Below are positions 10,215 through 20,071 of a DNA stretch of 64,000 nt, in pieces. A model generated the notes under the pieces. That model saw only the letters and a list, made by a program, of their open reading frames with translations, had not been told where the DNA came from and ran no database searches. The stretch's first letter is position 1. Each line of letters begins with the position of its first letter. A program made the position numbers and the translations under genes. Source of the DNA: Isosphaeraceae bacterium (lineage in GTDB: Bacteria > Planctomycetota > Planctomycetia > Isosphaerales > Isosphaeraceae); assembly GCA_965201075.1 (NCBI GenBank), contig CBDAVP010000016.1, positions 248,001-312,000 of the forward strand, given 5' to 3'.

Positions 10215-10604
10215 ATGGTAACGGATGGGTCGACCGACCCGGGGAGTTCGAGGGTGCGAGACCTGGCTTTCTACAACGCGATCGGCGAGCCGAGCGGTTC
10301 CCGACGTCTTGTCTTGCCGCTGCGGCGGATTTTGCGACGGTTGCTCCGTCCCTTGTTTCTGCGCCAGGTCGAGATCCTGGAAGAGCTTTGCCGGCGGCTG
10401 GACGACGCCGAGGCCGGTCGAACGGAGCAGGACCGCCGTCAGGATGCCCTGCTTTCGCGCATCCAGGCCACCTCGGCAATGGGTTGGGATCAGGTGGCGA
10501 TGGCCCGCCGACTCGCCGTCCTGGAAGACCGGGTGGAAGCCTTGCTCGCGAGCGCCAAACGACCCGACACCCTGGACGGTCCCGACCGCACGGCCGCTGC
10601 CTGA
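10215..10604 (+). CDS. Hypothetical protein with basic amphipathic helix and coiled coil
   Basis: LRRILRRLLRPLFLRQ followed by heptad-like LEELCRRLDD..LAVLEDRVEALL; lies within the glycan operon. Confidence 0.7.
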   Translation: MVTDGSTDPGSSRVRDLAFYNAIGEPSGSRRLVLPLRRILRRLLRPLFLRQVEILEELCRRLDDAEAGRTEQDRRQDALLSRIQATSAMGWDQVAMARRLAVLEDRVEALLASAKRPDTLDGPDRTAAA

Positions 10605-10633
10605 ATCCTTTGGCGGTCCGAGGAGTTTCGCCC

Positions 10634-11467
10634 ATGCCGATGATGTCGTTCGCCGAGAACCGCGAGGATGTCCTCCTGCGACGGCTCTTTCCCGAGCCGG
10701 CCGACGGCTTCTTCATCGACGTGGGGGCGAATGAGCCGGTCTTCAACTCAGTGACGAAGCACTTTTCCGTGCGGGGCTGGCGCGGCATCAACGTCGAGCC
10801 GGGCGCGGTTGAGTTCGCCAAACTGTGCGCGGACCGACCTCGGGACCTCAACCTCAACGTCGGGCTCTCCGACCGCGAGGGAACCTTGACCTTCCACGAG
10901 GCGCCCGACCGCACCGGCTGGTCGACCTTTTCCGACGATCGCGCCTCGGGGTTCGGCCTGGTCAACGTCCGGTCAGTCCGCCGGGAAGTGCCGATCACCA
11001 CCCTGGCGAAGGTCTGCGAGGCCCACGCGCCCTCGACGATCGACTTCCTCAAGATCGACGTGGAAGGGCTGGAAGCCTCGGTGATCGCCGGAGGAGATTG
11101 GCAACGCTGGAGGCCCCGCGCCGTGGTCGTTGAGGCCAACGACCCCGAGACCTGGGAGCCGACCTTGCTGGCGGCCGATTACCGGTTCGCCACCTTCGAC
11201 GGGCTGAACCGCTACTACCTGCGGGCCGAGGACGCCGACCTGCTGCCCCGGCTGGCCGTGCCGGTCAACGTCCTGGACGACTTCATTATCTACGGCTACC
11301 ACCACCGGATCATGGAACTTTACGAACAGGTCCAGGCGTTCGAGGGGATGGGTCCCACGTCTCGTTCGATCCTGGCAATGGCCAGGGGGACAGCGCGACG
11401 GCATCCCCGGCTCGCCTCGGCGGCGCGACGGGTGGCCAGGCGAATCCTCGCGAGGCGGGCCGGCTGA
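10634..11467 (+). CDS. FkbM-family methyltransferase
   Basis: FIDVGAN..SVT..GWRGINVEP, IDFLKIDVEG, RWRP..VVVEA, FDGLNRYY; AGGAG RBS. Confidence 0.92.
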   Translation: MPMMSFAENREDVLLRRLFPEPADGFFIDVGANEPVFNSVTKHFSVRGWRGINVEPGAVEFAKLCADRPRDLNLNVGLSDREGTLTFHEAPDRTGWSTFSDDRASGFGLVNVRSVRREVPITTLAKVCEAHAPSTIDFLKIDVEGLEASVIAGGDWQRWRPRAVVVEANDPETWEPTLLAADYRFATFDGLNRYYLRAEDADLLPRLAVPVNVLDDFIIYGYHHRIMELYEQVQAFEGMGPTSRSILAMARGTARRHPRLASAARRVARRILARRAG

Positions 11468-11573
11468 TCGATCGCGGTGGCGTGGCCCGTCCGGGGGATC
11501 AACGATCACGGGTCAGTCTGTCGTCCAACTCATCGGCGAGTTCGCTGTCGCATTCGGTTGAGGGGCAGAGTCG

Positions 11574-11723
11574 ATGGCAATGTTGTCGCATGTCGAGACT
11601 CACGAACGCGTCCGCCGAGACCTGCGGTTCGCACACCAGGCTGTCGATGTTCTCACCGACGTGGAAGCGATGGGGTCGGACTTCGACGCGTTGACCAGGC
11701 GATCCTCGCGGTCCGCTGAATGA
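11574..11723 (+). pseudogene. Heavily deleted remnant of a third FkbM methyltransferase
   Basis: MAMLSHVETHERV ~ MPMMSFAENREDV; AVDVL-TDVEAM ~ TIDFLKIDVEGL; FDALTR ~ FDGLNR; 3' DNA ccaggcgatcctcgcg ~ ccaggcgaatcctcgcg of the upstream paralogue. Confidence 0.55.
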
Positions 11724-11775
11724 TTCATCTCGTGGCTTGAACCGGCGACACCTCCCGGGCCCGGAGACCCTGTCG

Positions 11776-12588
11776 ATGATGATTTCCTACGCCCAGAATC
11801 ACGAGGATGTTCTGCTGAACCGGGCGTTCGAGGGGCGGCGAGAGGGGTACTACCTCGACGTCGGCGCCAACGACCCGATCCTCCACTCGGTCACCAAACA
11901 TTTCTACGAGCTGGGCTGGCGGGGGATCAACATCGAGCCCGAGGGGCGCACCTGTGCGGTGATTCGCGCCGACCGGCCGGACGACCTGACTTTGAACGTC
12001 GGGATTTCCGACGCCGAGGGGATGTTGACCTTCTACGACGCGACCGACAGCCAGGGCTGGTCCACGTTCTCTCGCGAGCAGGCGGAATACCAGGCGGGGC
12101 GGGGAATTGTTTACACCGAGACGTCGGTGCCGGTCCTGACCCTCGCGGCGACCTGCGAGCGATATGTGGACCGGCCGATCGACTTCTTGAAGATCGACGC
12201 CGAGAGTCACGAGCGGCAGGTGATCCTGGGCGCCGACTGGTCCCGCTGGCGACCGCGGATCGTTCTGGTCGAGGCCAACGGTGTCGAGGACTGGGAGCCT
12301 TTGCTCCTCGCGGCCGACTATCTCTACGCGACCGATGATGGGCTGAACCGTTACTACGTCCGGGAGGAGGACCGACCGCTGATCGCTCGCCTGACCGCGC
12401 CGATCAACGTCTTCGACGAATTCATCCCCGTGAGGCACCATCGGGCTCATGAGGAATTGCACCGGCTCCGGCGATTCGCCGGGATCGGCGACCGGTCGCT
12501 GGAGCTGGCCCTACGGTTGAACCATCTGGCCGAGCGTCACCCCCGCTGCGCCCGGGTGGCCCGCCGCCTCCTCCGCCCCGCCCGCTGA
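11776..12588 (+). CDS. FkbM-family methyltransferase (paralogue of 10634..11467)
   Basis: SYAQNHEDV, YLDVGANDP..SVT, GWRGINIEP, IDFLKIDAE, DGLNRYY. Confidence 0.92.
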   Translation: MMISYAQNHEDVLLNRAFEGRREGYYLDVGANDPILHSVTKHFYELGWRGINIEPEGRTCAVIRADRPDDLTLNVGISDAEGMLTFYDATDSQGWSTFSREQAEYQAGRGIVYTETSVPVLTLAATCERYVDRPIDFLKIDAESHERQVILGADWSRWRPRIVLVEANGVEDWEPLLLAADYLYATDDGLNRYYVREEDRPLIARLTAPINVFDEFIPVRHHRAHEELHRLRRFAGIGDRSLELALRLNHLAERHPRCARVARRLLRPAR

Positions 12589-12634
12589 AGCGGGCCGATG
12601 GGGCGGGGCGCGGCCGGGTCTGGGGTCGCGTGAG

Positions 12635-14740
12635 CTAGCGGCCTCCGCCGAGACTTCCACCCAGTTCCGCCACCAACCCGTCGGCGTGGTAGATGGTCCG
12701 CAAGGCTTCCAAAATGCCTCGCGAGTCGACCGACACGGCGCGGGCGATCCGGTCGTCGTAGCCGAAGTCCAGGACGAGCGACTGGATGTTGCCGTCGAAG
12801 ATCAGGCCGACGACCTCGTTGGCCCGGTTGACCACGGGGCTGCCCGAGTTGCCGCCGATGATGTCGGGGGTGGAAACGAAGTTCAACGGGGTCTTGAGGT
12901 CGAGCTTGCCCGAGGCGCGGGCCGCGTCCCAACTGGGCGGAAGGGCGTAGGGTTCGGTATTGCCGTGGCTCTGGGCGTGGGCGAAGGCGCCGCCGATCGT
13001 CGTGTAGGGGGAAATGGTCTTGTCGTCGACCTCGTATCCCTTGACCGTGCCAAACGCCAATCGGAGGGTAAAGGTGGCGTCGGGGTAGGTCGAATCTCCC
13101 TTTTCGGCGAAGGATGCCTTGGCGATCAGGGCATACTGGGCGGCCTCGACCCCTTCGACCTCATCCTCCCGGGCCTTGCGCAAAGTTCGAGCGTGGGCGT
13201 CGACGGCCAGGGCGAGCTTGATCATCGTGTCGTCGGACGCGTCGATGGTTTGGGAATCCTCCTCGGCCAACTTCTGGCGGGTGGCCACATCGGCGAGCTT
13301 TGACCCATCGACCAGGGCGTCGGCGACCTCGGCCGCGGTCCGTCCCCGAAAGACCTTCTCGACGATCGGATCGGCAGCGCCGACGGTTTCCCGCCAGTAC
13401 TCCAGCGAGTGGGCGAGCTTGGCCTTCTCGAAGTCGGGGTAGATCGGCGCGGTCGAGAACAGGGCGAGTTTCAGCGAGTCGAGGTTCGACTCTCGGTATT
13501 CGCGGAGGCGGTCGGGGTTGGGCTTGGCCTTCTCGGCGGCGAGGCGCAGCAGGGTTCGGGCGAACAGGAACAGGTGGGAATCGAACGCCTGGCCGCGCTC
13601 CAGGAACATGTAGGGTTTGAGCGAGGCGGCGGCGGCGGTTTCGGCCTGGGCGATGCGGTCCCAGGCGGTGCCGAACATCTCTCGGCGGGCGGGGTCGGCG
13701 GCGATCGCCTGACGCAGGTTCTTCTCGGCCTCGGCCTTCCTCGCCATGAACGCGGCGTCTCGCAGGCCGCCGAGACCGCCGGTGCGGGCCTTGATGCTGT
13801 TCTGGTAGTGGAACAGGTCTTCCTTGGCTCGTCGGGCGAACTCCTCCCCTTGCTTGCCGAAGGCGATCAGGTGACGCTCACGCCCCTTGAGCATGTCGAT
13901 CTGGAACGGGTAGCCGTGGTCTCGCAGATATTCCAGGTGGGCGACCGTGTCGAGACGGTTGGTTTTGCCCGGATGGCCGGCGACGAAGACGAGTTCGCCG
14001 TCGGTCGAGCCGTTGACGCTCCACTTCAGGTAGTGGTCGACCCTGGCGGGCTTGCCGTCCTCGTAGGCGCGGAAGAAGCAGACGTCGAGGTCGTAGCGGG
14101 GGTACTCGAAGTTGTCCGGGTCGCCGCCGAAGAAGGCAATGGCGAACTCGGGGGCGAAGACCAGGCGGACGTCGGTGTACTTCTTGAAGGTGTAGAGGGC
14201 GTATTTCCCCCCTTGATAGAGCGTGACGACATCGCTGCGTAGGCCGGTCTTCGTCTGAGACGCCTGCTCGATCTCGGCCATTGCCTGGCGGCGGGCGACG
14301 TTGGCCCTGGCATCGTCCATGTCGGCGGTGATCTTGGCGTTGACGCGGTCGGTGCAATCCTCGATGCCGACCAGGACGTTCAGTTCCAGGTCGGGGGCCT
14401 TGACCTCTTCAGACGGGGCCTTGGCCCAGAAGCCTTCCTTGTAGTAGTCCTTGCCCGGAGCGCTGATCTTCTGGAGCGTGTCGGCACCGACGTGGTGGTT
14501 GGTCATCACCAGGCCGTCGGGCGAGACGAACGACCCCGACCCTCCGCTGTTGAACCTCACGGCCGAGGACCGCAGGTGCTCGACCCAACCGGCCGGCGGC
14601 GTGAAGCCGTACTGGGCCTTGAGGTGGGCCAGGGGCAGGTTGTCGAAGGTCCACATTCCCTCGTCGGCGAGCACGGCGGTTCCTCCAGTGGTCAGGGCGG
14701 CCAGGACGGCCAGGGCGGCCAGCGGGCGTCGAGCGATCAT
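12635..14740 (-). CDS. S46-family dipeptidyl peptidase, secreted
   Basis: Signal peptide then DEGMW; TNHHV; FFGGDPDNFEYPR; DIIGGNSGSPV; FDGN. Confidence 0.95.
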   Translation of the reverse strand: MIARRPLAALAVLAALTTGGTAVLADEGMWTFDNLPLAHLKAQYGFTPPAGWVEHLRSSAVRFNSGGSGSFVSPDGLVMTNHHVGADTLQKISAPGKDYYKEGFWAKAPSEEVKAPDLELNVLVGIEDCTDRVNAKITADMDDARANVARRQAMAEIEQASQTKTGLRSDVVTLYQGGKYALYTFKKYTDVRLVFAPEFAIAFFGGDPDNFEYPRYDLDVCFFRAYEDGKPARVDHYLKWSVNGSTDGELVFVAGHPGKTNRLDTVAHLEYLRDHGYPFQIDMLKGRERHLIAFGKQGEEFARRAKEDLFHYQNSIKARTGGLGGLRDAAFMARKAEAEKNLRQAIAADPARREMFGTAWDRIAQAETAAAASLKPYMFLERGQAFDSHLFLFARTLLRLAAEKAKPNPDRLREYRESNLDSLKLALFSTAPIYPDFEKAKLAHSLEYWRETVGAADPIVEKVFRGRTAAEVADALVDGSKLADVATRQKLAEEDSQTIDASDDTMIKLALAVDAHARTLRKAREDEVEGVEAAQYALIAKASFAEKGDSTYPDATFTLRLAFGTVKGYEVDDKTISPYTTIGGAFAHAQSHGNTEPYALPPSWDAARASGKLDLKTPLNFVSTPDIIGGNSGSPVVNRANEVVGLIFDGNIQSLVLDFGYDDRIARAVSVDSRGILEALRTIYHADGLVAELGGSLGGGR

Positions 14741-14792
14741 GCCGGTGGGCTCCGGGTGGTGGGATTGGGGGTGGGAAAGCGGTGGGGGGCGA

Positions 14793-15437
14793 TCAGTGAC
14801 GCTGTTCGGCGAGCGCCGAGGGGCGGGGCGTGGTGCGGTGGCGGTTGATTTCGGAGAGGCGGTTGACGATGTCCCGCAGGACGTCGAGGGGAGCCTGCAT
14901 CGCGTCGACGTCGTAGACCAACGAAGGGTCGTAGAAACTGAGGGTCTTGTACGTCTCCTTGTAGTAGACCGCCAGGCGGTTCTTGATCACCTGATCGTTC
15001 ATGTCGTCGAGTCGGTTCTCCCGCAAGGCCCGGGACTTGAGGCGTTCGCCGGCCTTGACGTTGTCCTTGATCTTGAGGTGGAAGATCTGGATGACGTCGA
15101 GGACGTCGGCCAGGATTTCGGCCTGGGCGTAGTTGCGCGGCAGGCCGTCGAGGATCAGGGTATGCTGGTCGGGGATCAGGAGTTCCTGGAGTTCCAGAAT
15201 GTGGACGTGGCGAGACCAGATCCGGACGGTGAGGTCGTCGGGGACCAGGGCTCCCTGGGAGGTGTACTGGCCGATCTCTCGACCTAGTTCGCCCGACTTG
15301 GGCAGTTTGCGGAAGATGTCACCGCAGGAGACGTGGATCAGGTCGGGCAGTTGACCGAGCACGACGCCCTGGGTTCCCTTGCCGCTTCCGGGCATGCCGA
15401 ACAGGAGAATGGTGCGATACTTCTGCCGACCCGACAT
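14793..15437 (-). CDS. adk: Adenylate/nucleoside monophosphate kinase (short LID)
   Basis: P-loop GMPGSGKGTQ, SCGDIFR, GALVPD, LDGLPRN, RxDD..IKNRL. Confidence 0.85.
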   Translation of the reverse strand: MSGRQKYRTILLFGMPGSGKGTQGVVLGQLPDLIHVSCGDIFRKLPKSGELGREIGQYTSQGALVPDDLTVRIWSRHVHILELQELLIPDQHTLILDGLPRNYAQAEILADVLDVIQIFHLKIKDNVKAGERLKSRALRENRLDDMNDQVIKNRLAVYYKETYKTLSFYDPSLVYDVDAMQAPLDVLRDIVNRLSEINRHRTTPRPSALAEQRH

Positions 15438-15592
15438 TTTCGCGGCCCTCGGTCCAGGGGGGGAATCGGTCCGCCGAGCGCCCCGAGGGGGCCAGGCCCC
15501 CTCGCCGGCCATCATCCTTGCCGGGAGGGGGCGTAGGCAACCCTTCTCCTCGCCATTTTTCGGCCGTTGCCCGCGTTGGAGAGCTCGACCCT

Positions 15593-16207
15593 TTGGAAAC
15601 GCGCATCCTGTTGATCCGTCACGCGGAAACGTCGTCGCCGGGGCGGTTCCACGGGGCCGAGTCGGACGTCGGGCTCAGCGACCGGGGACGCTCGCAGGCG
15701 CGATTCCTGGCGGATCACCTGCGCGGCGAAGGTTTGGCGGGCGTGGCGTCGTCGGGAATGCGCCGGGCGATCGCGACGGCGGAACCGTTGGCCGAGGTTG
15801 GCAACCTGCCGTTGCGGGTGGTCGAGTCACTGCACGAGCGGCGGATGCCCTCGCTCAGCGGCCGGACCAAGCCCGAGGGGATGGCCGACTACGAGGCGAC
15901 CCTCGGCCGCTGGATGGCTGGTGACATTGATCACGCCGCCGACGTCGGCGATGAGTCGTATCGGGCGATGACGCAACGGGTTGTACCGGTGTTTCTCAAC
16001 CTGGCCAGGGAGTTTTCCGGCCGGTCGCTGGCGCTAGTGGTGCATGGCCTGGTGTTGAAAGTCCTGATGGCCGAACTGGTCGAAGGCCTTGGGCTGGCGG
16101 ACCTGGCGGCGATCGGGATCGACCATTGCGCCCCGAATGACCTGCGGTTCGATGGCCAGATCTGGACGGCCGTCGCCCGCAACGCGATTCCCGAGGGAAT
16201 GCCTTGA
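15593..16207 (+). CDS. Histidine phosphatase (phosphoglycerate mutase family)
   Basis: LIRHAET, SSGMRRAIATA, LHER, DES, VVHG; TTG start after GGAGAG. Confidence 0.88.
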   Translation: METRILLIRHAETSSPGRFHGAESDVGLSDRGRSQARFLADHLRGEGLAGVASSGMRRAIATAEPLAEVGNLPLRVVESLHERRMPSLSGRTKPEGMADYEATLGRWMAGDIDHAADVGDESYRAMTQRVVPVFLNLAREFSGRSLALVVHGLVLKVLMAELVEGLGLADLAAIGIDHCAPNDLRFDGQIWTAVARNAIPEGMP

Positions 16208-16325
16208 ATTCGAGACGGAGGACACCTCGCCCGGAGTGACCTAGGCTTCGCCGGACTGGTCCCCTCGTCGAGGCTGATGGGCATCGGCTGGGCGGAGGGG
16301 GCGGACCCGGGCGAGGCGATTTCTC

Positions 16326-17444
16326 ATGGCCACCGCGACCGTCTCGCGGCCGATTTCGAGGAGGGCGATCGAGGCTCGATCGGCCCCTTACCGGCTGGAC
16401 TGGGTCGACCTGGCCAAGGGAATTGGGATCCTCCTGGTGGTCTTTGGCCACGTCTGGCGGGGGCTCGAATCGGGCCACTTCCCCATTCGGGCGGGACTCT
16501 ATTCGGGGGTGGATGACTGGATCTACAGCTTCCACATGCCGCTGTTCTTCGTGCTCTCGGGCCTGTTCGCCGGACGGTCGGCGGCCCGGTCCTCGGGCAC
16601 TTACCTGGCCGATAAGCTGCGGACGATTGCCTACCCCTACCTCCTCTGGTCGCTGATTCAGGGGTCGGTCAACCTGGTGATGTCCCGGCACACGAACTCG
16701 CCGTTGACGGCCGCGGGATTGGTCGAGCAGATCGCGATCCGGCCGTATGCCCAGTTCTGGTTCCTGTATGCCCTGATGATCCAGTTCATCCTGTTCCTGC
16801 CGCTGTTCAAGGCCGGGATGGGGACGAAGTCGATTCTTTTGGCCGCGATCGTCACCCCGATCGCCCTGCGACTGGGTGATGTCCCACTGGTCCCGATCCT
16901 TGGCGTGGCGTTGAATGCGTTCGGATACTTCGCTCTGGGGCATCTGCTGGAAGGGTGGTTGCGCGACTTCCGAACCCCGTCGCCGCGTTGGGCCCGGGCC
17001 TGCTTCGGGCTCGCGGCGGTCGCGGGTTTGATGCTGGGAATGGGCGCGTGGGCGCACCTGTTGTTCCGACCGGGGGTGCGGGTTGGGGCGTCGTTGCTGG
17101 GGATCGCCGGGGTCCTGGCCGCTTCGTTGGCTTTGGCGAATGGGCCGGGCCTGGCGTGGTTAAGAGCGATGGGGCGGGCGTCGTTGCCGATCTTCGTGGC
17201 GCACGTCCTGGCGACCGCCGCCACGCGAATGCTCCTGGTCGGGGTGGTGCATACGCGCAACTTACCAATCCACCTGGCTTTGGGGACAATTGCGGGGCTG
17301 GTGTTCCCGATGCTGCTCGACGCGACGGCCCGGCGGTTCGGAATGGGATGGCTGTTCGCCTGGAAGAGGAACGGGGCGACTCAGGCGGCTTCTCCGGCGG
17401 CCCCATCCCCGTTCTTCAAGGCTTCCCACTCTTCCCAACTATAA
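16326..17444 (+). CDS. Acyltransferase family 3 (membrane O-acyltransferase)
   Basis: DWVDLAKGIGILLVVFGH, IYSFHMPLFFVLSG, WFLYAL, multiple TM helices. Confidence 0.92.
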   Translation: MATATVSRPISRRAIEARSAPYRLDWVDLAKGIGILLVVFGHVWRGLESGHFPIRAGLYSGVDDWIYSFHMPLFFVLSGLFAGRSAARSSGTYLADKLRTIAYPYLLWSLIQGSVNLVMSRHTNSPLTAAGLVEQIAIRPYAQFWFLYALMIQFILFLPLFKAGMGTKSILLAAIVTPIALRLGDVPLVPILGVALNAFGYFALGHLLEGWLRDFRTPSPRWARACFGLAAVAGLMLGMGAWAHLLFRPGVRVGASLLGIAGVLAASLALANGPGLAWLRAMGRASLPIFVAHVLATAATRMLLVGVVHTRNLPIHLALGTIAGLVFPMLLDATARRFGMGWLFAWKRNGATQAASPAAPSPFFKASHSSQL

Positions 17445-19669
17445 AGGACTTCCCGGGCCGTTCCGCTCTTGAACTCGCCAACGATACCATCCTCGGCCAT
17501 GAAGTCGATGAGGCGCGCGGCCCGTCCGTAGCCAATCTGGAGGGCACGCTGGAGGAGTGAGGTGGAACCACGACCTTCGCGGATGATGACCTCGATGGCC
17601 GGTTCGTACAGGTCGTCTCGCTCCTTGAGCGCCGCGGCGCGGTCCTTGCCGCCGGGTCCGCCGCCTCCGCCGACCTGGAGGCCGAGCAGTTCCTTGCTGA
17701 ACTCGACGGGGTATTGCTCAAGGTACTCGCAGACGCGATTGACCTCGCCGTCGGAGACGTAGGTTCCCTGGGCTCGGACGATATGCGAGGTGCCGGGGAT
17801 CAGGAACAGCATGTCGCCCATGCCCAGCAGTTTGTCGGCGCCCATCTCGTCAAGGATGACCCGGGAGTCTCCCCGGCTGGTGACCTGGAAGGCGATGCGG
17901 GCCGGCATATTTCCCTTGATGAGGCCGGTGATGACGTCGACGGTCGGGCGCTGGGTGGCCAGGATCAGGTGGATGCCGGCGGCTCGGGCCTTCTGGGCGA
18001 GGCGGACGATGTGCGACTCGACCTCCTTGGCGGCGGTCATCATCAAGTCGGCCATCTCGTCGGCGATGATGACGATGTAGGGCATGAAGGTCGGAATCCG
18101 CCTCATCTCCTCGTCGTCCTCGGGACGGAGGCGGTTGTAAATCTCGTCGGCGCCGAGGCTGTTGTACGCCTGGAGGTTGCGCACGCCGGCCCGAGAGAGA
18201 TACCCGTAGCGCTCGTCCATCTTGTCGCAGGCCCAGGCCAGCAGCGACTCGGCTTTCTTCATGTCGGTGACGACCGGGTGCATCAGGTGCGGCACGCGCT
18301 TGAACTGCGAAAGCTCGACCATTTTGGGGTCGATCAGCAGGAGCTTGACCTCATCAGGGGAGCGGGTCATCAGGATCGACAGGATCATGGCGTTGAGGCA
18401 AACGGACTTGCCCGTGCCGGTGCGTCCGGCGATGAGCAGGTGGGGCATCTCGGCCAGGTCGAAGGCCAGGGGGTTGCCCTTCACGTCCTTGCCCAGAAAC
18501 AGAGGGATGCGCATCTTCTCCAGGCGGGATGACGCGGCGGAGGCGAGCTCTCCGAGCTTGACGAACCCCCGGCGCTCGTTGGGGACCTCGATGCCAACCG
18601 TGTTCTTGCCCGGGATGGGCGCGACGATGCGGACGCTGGGGACTGCCAGGGCGATGGCCAGGTCATTGGAGAGTCCCGCGACCTTGGAGACCCGAAGGCC
18701 CGCTTCCAGCTCGATTTCGAACTGGGTGATGACCGGGCCAGTGTCGATCTGGACGACCCGGACCTGGCAGCCGTGGTCCAGCAAGGTCCGTTCGAGCTGA
18801 AGGGCGCGGGTGTTGAGCTTGGCCTCGTGCTCCTGGACCGGGAACGGAGGGGCGGGTTCCAGCAGGTCCAGCGGGGGCGAAAGGTAGGAACCGTCGATGG
18901 GGGCTGGCGGCGGCGCCGGACGGGGGCTCGACATCCGAACAGGGACGCCGGGTCCGGACGAGACGACCGGACGTTCCAGCGCGGCGCGGGTCGGTGTGGG
19001 AGCGAGGCGGGGACCTTCACGCTCGGCGACCAGGAAGTTGGGCGATGGGATGGGTCGGTGGACCGGCTCGGGAAGCAGTCCTGGGGAGGGCTCGGGCTCT
19101 TGACGGCGGCGGCGACTCAGGAGGGGATGGAGGAGATCCTGGAGGGGCCAGGTCAGGAGGACTTCGTGGCAGAGGGCCAGACCGCCGAGGCCCAGGGCCG
19201 CCAGGATCAGGACCATGCCGGCGACGCCGAATTGGCCGCGGAGGCCGGCGACCGCGAAAGCTCCCAGGTAGCCGCCGTCGCCGACGGTTGGGCCGCGATC
19301 CAGCAAGGACCGGCCCCGCCACTCGCTGGCTCCCTGGGCCACGGCCGCGCCGACGAGGGTTGTCAGGCTCAAGCCAACGAGGCGAAGGAGCGGGTCGGGC
19401 ACAGGGCGGCGGCGGACAATGAGGATCGCCGTCGAGCCGGCCGCCAGAACAAGGAGCCAGGCTCCCAGTCCGACCGCCTGGTAAAGGAGGTGGGCGATCC
19501 AGGCTCCGACGGGGCCGCAGGGGTTGGCGGGGGGAGCGTTGGCGGGCCAGGCGGAGTTTCCGGGGGGGTCGGCGGGGTTGAAGCCGGCGAGGGCCATGAC
19601 GAGAAATGTCCAGCCGAACAGCGTGGCCAGTCCCCAGGCCCGTCTCGCCAGGCGCGGTCGGTCCAGCAT
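17381..19669 (-). CDS. ftsK: DNA translocase FtsK
   Basis: N-terminal TM domain, Pro-rich linker, MPHLLIAGRTGTGKS, IDPKMVEL, DEMADLMM, ATQRP, gamma domain STSLLQRALQIGYGRAARLID. Confidence 0.96.
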   Translation of the reverse strand: MLDRPRLARRAWGLATLFGWTFLVMALAGFNPADPPGNSAWPANAPPANPCGPVGAWIAHLLYQAVGLGAWLLVLAAGSTAILIVRRRPVPDPLLRLVGLSLTTLVGAAVAQGASEWRGRSLLDRGPTVGDGGYLGAFAVAGLRGQFGVAGMVLILAALGLGGLALCHEVLLTWPLQDLLHPLLSRRRRQEPEPSPGLLPEPVHRPIPSPNFLVAEREGPRLAPTPTRAALERPVVSSGPGVPVRMSSPRPAPPPAPIDGSYLSPPLDLLEPAPPFPVQEHEAKLNTRALQLERTLLDHGCQVRVVQIDTGPVITQFEIELEAGLRVSKVAGLSNDLAIALAVPSVRIVAPIPGKNTVGIEVPNERRGFVKLGELASAASSRLEKMRIPLFLGKDVKGNPLAFDLAEMPHLLIAGRTGTGKSVCLNAMILSILMTRSPDEVKLLLIDPKMVELSQFKRVPHLMHPVVTDMKKAESLLAWACDKMDERYGYLSRAGVRNLQAYNSLGADEIYNRLRPEDDEEMRRIPTFMPYIVIIADEMADLMMTAAKEVESHIVRLAQKARAAGIHLILATQRPTVDVITGLIKGNMPARIAFQVTSRGDSRVILDEMGADKLLGMGDMLFLIPGTSHIVRAQGTYVSDGEVNRVCEYLEQYPVEFSKELLGLQVGGGGGPGGKDRAAALKERDDLYEPAIEVIIREGRGSTSLLQRALQIGYGRAARLIDFMAEDGIVGEFKSGTAREVLYSWEEWEALKNGDGAAGEAA

Positions 19670-19798
19670 CGCCACCCCCGAGTCGCCTTCAACCTTCCAG
19701 CCGGGCGGGAATGGAATCCCGACAGCTCCTCCTCTTCCCATCGGCCAGGGCCCGGTCGCGGCTTGGGGGCGGTTGCCGCGACCCGGGACCTTTGGGGG

Positions 19799-20071
19799 TT
19801 ATTCGGCCGGTTGGGTAAGATCGACCGTCCCGCCCTCCTGCTCGACGTCCTCGGTGACCTCGCGCTCCTGGAGGTTGCCGGTGAGGTCGAGGTAGATCTT
19901 GTTCTGCATGATCTCCTGGACGACGACCTGGAGTTTGTCGGTGCCGCGTCCGTCGACGAGGGGCCGCGCGCCCTGGTTCAGGGCGATCATCCGCTTTTGG
20001 ATCAAAGTCGAGAGCTTGAAGCGCCCCCCGACCTTGTTGACGATCGCCTCTTCCTTCAATTCATCGAGCAT
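19799..20071 (-). CDS. rpoZ: RNA polymerase omega subunit
   Basis: [24 protein letters not shown]; follows gmk. Confidence 0.85.
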   Translation of the reverse strand: MLDELKEEAIVNKVGGRFKLSTLIQKRMIALNQGARPLVDGRGTDKLQVVVQEIMQNKIYLDLTGNLQEREVTEDVEQEGGTVDLTQPAE

